Source: Rotaria socialis (lineage: Eukaryota). Taken from it: DNA of 63,939 nucleotides. Location: contig CAJNYD010000039.1 of assembly GCA_905331295.1 (NCBI GenBank), positions 62,062 through 126,000 on the forward strand, in the 5' to 3' direction. The notes below the pieces were generated by a model. The model was not told where the DNA came from. It searched no databases and saw only the letters and a list, made by a program, of their open reading frames with translations. A program made the translations under genes and the position numbers. Shown here piece by piece: positions 53,769 through 63,939 of the stretch (positions are counted from its first letter, which is position 1; each line of letters begins with the position of its first letter).

Positions 53769-56700
53769 AAAGCAACAGAAAAAAAATAAAATAATGAATT
53801 AAATCTTAAAAAAAAGGTCAAATCTCATTATTAGTAACAAAGAAAACGCGCGCGTATGTGCATTTGTGCTGTCCGTGCCGACCGAACGATAGCAATGTAC
53901 GTATGTGTATAGATAGAAAATTTAAATCTTTTTCGCGTTCTTTTTTTTTGTTGGGCTTTTTTGTCCGTCCAACCTGCCGTCAGTCAATCACTCGACTACT
54001 AACCCGTTCGCTTTCACTTTCTCTCGTTCTCATTTGTTCGCGATTTATTTTCATTTCTTCTCTCTCTCGCTCTCTCTTCGTCCGAAACAATGGATTGAAA
54101 ATTCCATTCATCAAAAATAAGGATTTAGTGACATCTGCATAGAAAAATATTGCTTTATTTGATTTTAATAAAATAAAATAAATCTTATATTTTCTTTTGC
54201 TTTGAGAATGATTCCTTTTTTCCTTTTTTGTCATAACTAAAACTAACTCGACGGGAAAATGTAACTATAGTTACAAAATTTGAATTGACTCGATTTTTAA
54301 ATTATTTTTCTTTCGCCTAGAAGATTTATTAATCAAATAAAATATTCGTAGACTAAAAAAATTTTTACATTCATTAGAATTCCTATTCTACACTGAATGA
54401 TATAATCTTTGCGAATTGTTTTCTCGTATCCATTAATCAATATTTGATTTAACACCTTTGTTTTTTCGTTTATTATACTGTTTGCTCATGTTTATATATA
54501 AAATCTGACAAACAATCGAGAAAAAATGTTTCATTTGTTTTATATTCTAAAGAGATGCATTTCATCGTTACTCATCAATAAATCGAATTTCTTTTTTTTT
54601 CTTGACTATAAAATGATTAATAGAATAAATTCATATATGAGTAACATGCTTTTCTCGCGTTTGTCGTGCACTTGAGAAGAAATTAAAAGGAATATTAATT
54701 GCGACGCAATAAATAAATTTGAGTGTAGTAGATCTAAATGCCAAATAATTGCTTATATCGTTTCTATGCTTTGTTCTGTGAAAAATGTGATTTTGATTGT
54801 ATTTTACGTTAATAGATTTTTGTTAATTTTCCAATGTAACAGGAAAAACTATGCATAATTAAAAGTTCCATAACTCAAATCTTTTGAGTTAATAGGTTTT
54901 TGTGTGAACAAAGGCATAGTATGATTCTTACATTGAAAGGGTACTTCTCTTTTCCGAAGAAGTATAAAATAGAAAAATGATTGCAGAAACTGAAAGATAT
55001 ATTATCCTGGAAATTTTATTATGTAAAAGAATTACGATTGAATATCACGAAAATGCTTTTACTCAATACGATGGATTGAGAAAGTCAGAATTTATTTTGA
55101 AGAAATTTCTAGTTCTAGCTAATGACCATTACTAATTGATTTATACAAGAGCAGATGAAGAGTGACATGTAGTTATAGTAATCAAAAATTAATATTACGT
55201 TTTCTGTGTTGAAATTCTTTTGAAATCAAAAAAGTCATTTTCGATTGATAATGACACTTGGAAAAAATCTGAAGTTATGAAGATAAATAAACATTATTAA
55301 TCGATATTTTCTCATAACCATTGATATTCCAGTTGTATCTTATCTTTCAATTTTGTTATCTCACTCAACAAGATTTCCTGCTGAACAGAAATCAAAGATT
55401 CGAAATTAGCAACAAAACATTTTCGCTTCATTCGTAAAAACAGTCTTTTTTAATCAACTTCGTTTCTTCAACTTTGATAAGATCGTAAAAGTGTATTTAT
55501 TTTCAATATATATATATTACATCAATCGACAATTTTTGCATTAGTACTATGTTAGATATGCTTGATCAGGAATAGCATCAGTGAGAGAGAGAGAGGGAGT
55601 ATTCAAGGGTATACACTCGACCAATTGATGATAAATTATGGGTTATTTTCAAGTTAAACTAGCAAGGATTTATTGAATGTTCTCTATTCTTGTGTATAAT
55701 CTGTTGAATTATTTATCAAAGTAGATTTTGGCAGAGTTCGAATCTCTTCTAATCATCAGACCATGCTGAAGATGATTCAAAGGAATTATTTCCAATATGT
55801 CGGAGCTTAAATAAAATTTTTCATTCAAATTCTGAATACAATTCAGATTGGAAAATGTTGGACCCAACAGACTACTAGTTTTGAGAGATTTTGTTATATA
55901 TCCTTCATACATTCATACAAAATTATATATAAATCAAGGTTCGCTCAAAAAATTAGTTTTTATCAAATTCTCTTTTTGACCGGATGGGCTCCTAATGGTT
56001 TTTAATTTGATTGAAAGATATTGTCCATACAAAATGCTACAATACAAATTGTCATATATAGATTCTAGACAACTTTAAAGGCTATATATATATAGAGTAT
56101 TTATCAAAGCGATGATATTTCAGGAAAAATTTTCTCTATTCTAAGTGCATTGGTATTATGGAGAGAAAATGATTTGTAAATAAAAGGATAACAAACACCG
56201 CTAGATCTATAAACCCATCATACTTTTTCGATCATAAGCCTCCGGGGATAATAAAAGTCAATATCTGGAAGATAACAAGGCCTTTACACCAGAAGAAATG
56301 TTTGTTGACAAGAATATTGCTTGTCAAAACAAGAAATGTACCATTATTATTCATCGAAGATCTTAGTTGTTTATTAAATAAGAAGGTCGCGGAATTAACC
56401 ATGATCTTTCTTCACAAATATGGAAACCTAATTGAGCAAACTTGGTGTTAGTAGAATATTATCAAACCTTTTTCATGCATTAACTCAGGCGAGAATGATA
56501 GAAGAAATTTTGTTTTTTTCTTGTATTCTTCCTCAGTAACCAATGAATACTGAATGCAACATTTCTGTCAAAACTCGCATGGATTTGTTGATTACACTTG
56601 AATTTCAAGTGCATTTCTCTGTTTGACGGTAACACAGAAACACAAATAAATGGAACTGAATAATTAAATAGTTGAATACTTGAAGAGCTTTTGACTAATT

Positions 56701-59700
56701 GAACTTAAGTTTCACGTACGAAACTGCTGAAATATTGATGGTCTATTCAAATTTATTCTATTAGCTACGTAATTTTATTGTTATTTTTAGTTCTTCTGAT
56801 CGTTTTAATGAACTGTTTGCTAATTTGATTATTTTGAAGAAGAATTATTTTTTCATCAACAAAAAACATTGTCCTATTTCATTTACATACTGATTACTCC
56901 ATGATTTGTTGATGAAATTCGAGAATATTTTGATAAGTTCAAATATTAATTATAGGCAAGATTGACTTGCTGAGATAATTTAATGCGAGCAGATTTTAAG
57001 GAACCTAATGATTAACATCGGAAATAGCGATAATTATGTAATCAAAAAAATTAATTTACAGTTCTTGTTCGTTCTTTAGAATTCTATAATTAAACTATGG
57101 GCTGAATGCAATTTATAAGTACAATATATTTGTGATCTTTATATTTGAATGTTCATGTCAATGTATTTGATTTGAATGAAAATTTCCATCTCTACGTCAA
57201 TGTTCTACGAAATTGAATAGAGAAAATTTGAACTCAAAAAGTTGTACATTTTTTGAATATACCATAATCAATTTCTAGTTAAAATTATACATCAATTCAA
57301 CATATTCCAGTCTCTTAATTAAAAAGTGTTTAAATTTTAACGATCATCCTCTGAAATTCTGATTATAATTTTTGTCCGCATATTCTATGAATGCGAACTA
57401 CGAGTATGATCGATAGCGAATGAATTCATATACTAGAATTTTCCATCTATGAAAGTTGCTATGCTTGAAGCTAAATTTGTTGAAATGTTATGGCATATAA
57501 ACTTAACAATAAGAAAAAGAAATGCATTATTTTAAGGCTTTATCTCGCAGAAATTCGGCGTTTTTCCAATTGAAAATTTAAAAAGCCTCCCACTCTACTA
57601 TCTGCTAGCAATATATATATATATATATATATATAGGACATTCAATGCAATAGGTACCGACTAATGGTATATTATGTAAATCTAAATCAATGATAGGAAA
57701 ACTTCAACCAATTGTATCAAGTTGTTTTATTGATAGATCTTATGATAAACATTATTTTTTTATTCAATTGAGATAGAATATTTTACCATAAAAACCCGTA
57801 GCTATTACCATTTATATATATTTTTATTCTTTAGGATTGACACGTAATTAATTGATTTGAAGATTTTGTTTTTCTCATAAAAGCAATTTTTTCGACGATG
57901 GGAAATGGACGTCACTCTCATTATTCTAACATTGTATTTATCTCAATAATTGGAGACCGGATTTTCATTCCATGAATTTTTCTCCTGAAGCATAGATTCA
58001 ATTATGACATCCGGCATAAATAGTAAGTTACTCAAGCACTTTGATCAACGCCGGATTTTAACTAAATTTATCTTTTTATAAAAAAAATCGTGTCATTAAG
58101 AACGTCGTCTACATAACTACGTACTGTCAAAAGGTATGTATTTAGAACAAACTTAAAGTAGAATAGATTGTGGAACAAAGCATAGCACAGGAAGTTTTGA
58201 TAGGCGTAAGACGTTTCATAGAAATTAATCATAAGAATTACAAGCAGATATTTAAAATAGAATTCGGACGTGCACAGGAAGTCTGGCGGAAAGTTGAACT
58301 CAATCGGTGGTTACTTTTCGTGTCAACATAATTCTGAGGCTGAATTTGAGCTTCATACGATTTTTTAAGAGGTTAAGACTGAAATAGAAGAGTATATTCA
58401 AATAGTTGTATCTTTTGTTTGTAGTATTGTTGTCAAGCTGAATGTATTCTATTCATAATAGAAATTAAAGCGCTTTTGTCTATTATCCATAACAAATTCA
58501 ATGGGATTTCATTAATAAAGCAAAGCAAAAAAAGGCTGAATTCAAATATGAAAATCATCCAATAATTTTTAGAAATGAAGAATATCTTTCCGGCAAGTTT
58601 CTTTTTTTCTCTCGTTTCTTACTGTGAGTGAACAACCCTCATTAATATTTTATTGATGTTTACGAATATAGAAAAAGAAAACGATCACCAGATGCTTGTT
58701 AATTATTTTCTTGAACAATTATAAAAAAAAATGAATGCCTGTTTTTTTTCTCATTACTTTTTAGACATCATGCAGAAGAAATAATTCGATCGATTGTCTA
58801 ATCTAAATTTAGGACTTCTCATCAATGATATTCAAAGAAAAACACATTATTTTCTCCTATATTGAGTAAAAGCAAAAATCGTTTACGACTGTCGTTAATA
58901 TAATAGTTCCTATCAATAGAAATAACATGATAAAATTCTAGACAAATGAAATTTTATATAATATTTCCATTGTTTCTCGAAAAGAATTATCAATAGCTTT
59001 GATTAAATATCGCTTTTGTGATAATGTGTTCATGTGTATGTTCATCTTTGTCCGCGCTCAATAAATTGATAATTACCATTAAAAATGCATAGGAAATGAA
59101 TTGTATTTCGAAAGGAAAATAATAATCATAATAATAAAAGAATACTGATCTTACGGCAGTCTAGAAATATGATGATTATATAATTCTTTTTTGTACCTTG
59201 ATATAAAATTCTCATCAATTCATTGCTGTCTCGTTATTTATTTATGAGAAGTAGAAAAAAAGAGTGTTTTCATCGTTTTTTTTTAATCGAGAAATATGCA
59301 AATGAGTCAATTACACACAAATACATACATAGCTAAGACTTCTGAAATCGACTATTAATAGCGCTAATGTAAATGAACAGATTTTTCTCGATTCGCTATT
59401 CGTTAGATATAGAGGACACTGTTTTGATAGAAGTTTATCAGAATATTGTTTTTATACATATAGACATCTATATATATATATATATATATATGTACTCATA
59501 GGTTATGTTGCTAGCATATCTCATTTGGTTGTTTTCCTTTTCTTTATAGCTTTACAATTGTTCGCACAGAATTCAATTGCATGTAATATATTACAAAACA
59601 TGTCATCTAGTAGATGCAAAGAAAAAACTCAATCGATCAGAAAATCCCTCAATAGTTATGCTAGAGAAAAACTTGATTAGATATCTATTATATATGCTGA

Positions 59701-60195
59701 TGCACAGAAGCAAATATAGATTCGAAGATGTCTCGTCGCTATTCATTTCAATAATAGCACTTATTTCTTTTTTTTTCTTTAGTAGACTTCACATTTTTTA
59801 CAGATTAATATTAGTGAGACGGAAATCTAATAGATTAAATTACAACAATCCATGCGCATAACGACAACGCCGATTACTGCGCAGCAGAAGTAGTAGCATC
59901 AGCAGACATATACGCATACACATGCAGAGACATACATATTATTATCATTCTTTCTATCTCTCCTCCTTTCTCATTATGTTGTTCTGTTTCCTACATAATA
60001 GACATGCTTTCTCTATCGTCGACATAAAACCGGACAAAAATAGACTGTTGTCGTCAAAGTGAATAAACGAAGCGCTCGGGAGACACATCTTTCTTTCTTC
60101 TTCGTTTCCTATTTCTACTACTCTTTTTCAGAGATATCTCTTGCTCTCTTTCTCCTATGACTGCCGGCGTTTCGTCTATCACTCTTTCCCTTTCC

Positions 60196-60226
<31 letters not shown>

Positions 60227-60357
60227 TCTCTTCCTTGATTCCATCTGGTATGCTTTACCAACAAGTAGAAAGTTGACAGTGAAAGAGAAAGCAACATAAA
60301 GATATACAACCATTTTAGCGCGTCAAAGATCATTCTGACTAATACACACGAGAAACT

Positions 60358-62956
60358 ATGGGCTCTGATACTTCGAAATCAAAGAAACGTGCAACACAAT
60401 TAACTGAAGAAGAAATACAATTGTTACTAAAAAATACTCATTTTAATCGACAACAAATAAAAGAATGGCATCAAGGTTTTCTTGTAAGTAGTCGTATTCA
60501 TAAATGAAACATGAAAAAAAAGCGACCATAGAATTATAATGCACTCAATCAAATAATCTATTAATGTAAAGTTCTTTTTCCGTTGAAAATAGTGTCAGAA
60601 AAGCGTAAAAAATTTATCTTTTTTTCTAATATGTTCTCGTATTTCCAAATGTAATATTGATATAAATCGACGATATAAACCTATTCATCGATTAGTGTTA
60701 ATAATTAGTTTAATGACTCGTATGCCTATGCTTGTAAATATGTTGATCTGTTAACTGTATCAGAACATCTTTGAGGATCGTTTAATATGAGATTAAAATT
60801 AAAATTAAACAAAAAAATTTAATCGTGACTGAAAATCAGAAGAAAAAGAATGCGTAACTAAAATATAGTTAAAAGTGGTAGATCCTTGATTGAGACTTGA
60901 TCTAATTAAGTATGAATAATGAAATTCGATACGTCTCGCTTAAGATAGTTGGTATTCTATTTCCTCATGTGATCGATCGCGATATATATCGCATTCCCAA
61001 ATCAACGACTAAGAATATGAGGAAAATTCTAACACCTCATACTTGAGACGCTTTTGTATTAGAATAGAGCACACATAATGAATGCGTTCAATACTAGAGT
61101 TTATTGAACGATTATAGAATCACAGTTAATTATTTCTCGACAGGACTGAAGCCTTCTCTTGTTTGTTTTTTTAAGGATTAAAATTAAATACTTATACCTT
61201 AGGAAAAATATTCATTTATTAGTTTCTTTGGAAATCTTATGTTCATCTAGATAGACTAAATTGTAAATCTTCTTTGATAGTTTACAAACTCTTGAAAATA
61301 CTTGAATTTGATAACCAACAACAATGCATTAGTGACAAGATTATTGTTTTGACTGCTGATGATAGGAGAATAGAATTTTGATGGATTCTTGAAAGAGTAA
61401 ATGATAGAACTCAAAAATCTGATGAGAGTGCCATGTGAACAGCCTATGTAAACAAAGTTTTCTACACTTCTAATGGACGCCAGTTTCTTTTTATGACCGA
61501 AGAATTCATATTAATCAAACCTACAGTTCGCCCGTAATGATTATAAATGATGTTCTTTTCTTTTCAGAAATAAAAACTGTATTTTAGAATATGATTGTCG
61601 GGTCATTTTTTATTTTTGATATAACAATAAAAGTAGATCTTAAAAACAAGAATAATTGATTTGTTTCCTATTAGTGATACATTTACTCGATTGATAAGCA
61701 GACATACAGGCATAGATACATATCATTATATAATTATTAAGATGATTTCATCGGGCAACTGTTTCGATCAATCAGATAAAACTTTTAGTCAAGGTCGTGT
61801 TCTTCAGCAACGTTTTTTTTGTTTTTACAGAATTTAACTTCAAAGAAATAATAAGGCGAAAAAGAAAATATAAAAGCTTTTATTTTTGTAGCTGAACCAT
61901 ATTATGTGTAAATTTCAAGGCACAATACCCTTTTATCATTTCTCATTGAGGCTTTTCCTAATCGAAATGGCATGTCTTGCGCTTTGCTTCTCCAGGAAAA
62001 AAATCCATTATCGATGGCAGATTATTTTTTCCTCGAAACACATAGAAAACTGTCTGTACAAATATCTCTCTCCATTAGTTTTCACTCTAGAAGTTCTTTC
62101 GAAAATGTTGATAATCTCGTAGGAAAAAAAAACAAATGCATTCTTATAATTCTATAGAATATTATATCATAGTCATCAAATACTAATATATGAAAACAAA
62201 GCAACACTACGATAGATTTCATTGACTGTGTAGAAGCACTTTTTCCTATATAGTTAGACGGAAATCTCTGTGTTGACCGATAACTTTTTTTATATTGATT
62301 ATTTTCCTTGTAGAAAGATTGTTCAAAGGGAAAGTTAGACAAAAAAAAGTTCATCGAAGTATACAAACAATTTTATCCGACTGGAAAAGCAGATAAATTT
62401 TGTTCACATGTTTTCAAAACATTTGATACGGACAATTCGGGAGAAATCGGTAGGTTTATTTATAATTTTTCATAGGAAATAATTATTGTTGTATTAAAAT
62501 AAATTAGATTTTGTCGAATTTCTTATCGCTATATCTGTAACATCACATGGCGACATTCGTGAAAAACTTAATATGGCATTTAATATGTATGGTAAGTTCA
62601 ATGCAATAGAATTATTGTAGATGTTTTATATTTTAATGAATGAATTGATTCATTTATTTAGATATTGATAAAAATGGAAAAGTTGACGCAAAAGAAATGG
62701 AACAAATTGTGACTGTATGTGTACAGAAGAGAAAAAGAAAAGAATCGATTATCAATTTTTTTTCATTTTTTTTCAGGCTATCTATGATTTACTCGGTGAA
62801 GAAAATCGTAAAGGTGAAAATTCTCCCGCGAAACGTGTAGAAAAAATCATGATTAAACTTGATTCAAATGGTGATAGATCATTAACCAAAGATGAATTTA
62901 TAAATGGATGTTTACAAGATGACTTTCTTAAAAACTTATTAGCACCTAATGCTTGA
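60358..62956 (+). CDS. Neuronal calcium sensor (neurocalcin/hippocalcin-like); exons 60358-60483, 62314-62449, 62508-62591, 62662-62714, 62777-62956
   Basis: N-terminal MG myristoylation motif; [14 protein letters not shown] hands [38 protein letters not shown]. Confidence 0.93.
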
Positions 62957-63939
62957 AAAAGATAATTATAATGTTGGAGAGAAAAAGATAAAATAAAATA
63001 AATTGTAGAAAACTTATTGTGCTTCCTTTCATTTTATTTTTGTTTTGTGATTTGTCTTGTTATTTATGTTTCACTGGCAAAAAGAAAACAAATATCAAAA
63101 GGTCTTTATAAACAATCAAGCATCGAATACGTATTATTGTTTTTATTGCAACTATGACATACACGAACAGAGAGAGACAGGCTCAACTACATGTTTTACA
63201 TTGTGGCAATGTCCTTGCAGATAGATTTCAATTTAGATTAGCTAATTTATCTTGAATGACAGCCACCAGTGCGACAAACGCGTGGGACCTGATGACGACA
63301 ACTCAAACTTTTTATACAAATCATTACGTATCTGTATAAAGTTATGTCTACTGCATATTAAGTAATTCTATACATCGATCAGTCGCACTCTTCGGCTACA
63401 CATAAATGGCTATTGTCCTATTGAATATGATTAGCTTTTACTGAAGCAAAATGCATTTTCTTATCGACACTCATAGCAGATTGAAATCGATGAACTATGT
63501 AAAAATAAATAAAGCGTGAATATAATCTAAAATAACTATTTTTTTTCAATTGATAATAATAGTTGAATTCGTTTTCTTGAAGAATGTGAATTTCTATGCT
63601 ACTAGAAAAATGTATTTTTGTCGTTTGCAATATTAGATATTTGCAAGCCATTTATCAAAGTTGACAACGGTTATGACAGAGTAATTTATCAGGTCTGCAG
63701 ATCCGACGAACTTATTATTTATATGGTCGAAGAATAGTGCGTAATCAAATGTATTGAGATGTTTTAGCCAATGTTTCGTTGAGGAATCACTTGTTAGTCT
63801 TCGGAGATATGCCAAGACTCTAGTGAATATGTAAACTAACGTCTAGCTTGTCTTTCCAAACATAGAAATTTAGAGGAACTTCTATATGACTCCCTGAGGA
63901 GTCGCGAGTGAGTACTCGATTGTCAAGAAAAATGAGTGT

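Noticed and set aside
63418..63815. Short minus-strand ORFs at the window end
   Set aside because: No motif or consistent splice model

Overview
AT-rich eukaryotic genomic DNA with short (~55-60 bp) GT-AG introns. The intron size, degenerate TPR/28-aa LRR repeats, conserved metazoan genes and apparently foreign genes suggest a bdelloid rotifer (inference). The left and central ~46 kb is accessory-like. It holds a plant/ADP1-type ABCG transporter with a Cys-rich ectodomain, an intronless P450 strikingly similar to chordate aromatase (CYP19), and an alpha-1,3-fucosyltransferase. It also holds two LicD/fukutin-family genes that each splice a degenerate and an intact LicD domain into one protein (missed by the ORF track), plus a LicD pseudogene, TPR and LRR pseudogenes, and many nested non-autonomous DNA transposons. 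Housekeeping TMEM234 and GCDH sit inside this region. The right ~16 kb has conserved metazoan genes: rhotekin-like, an AT-hook protein and a neurocalcin-like NCS. All homology calls come from motif recognition by eye, not from database searches.
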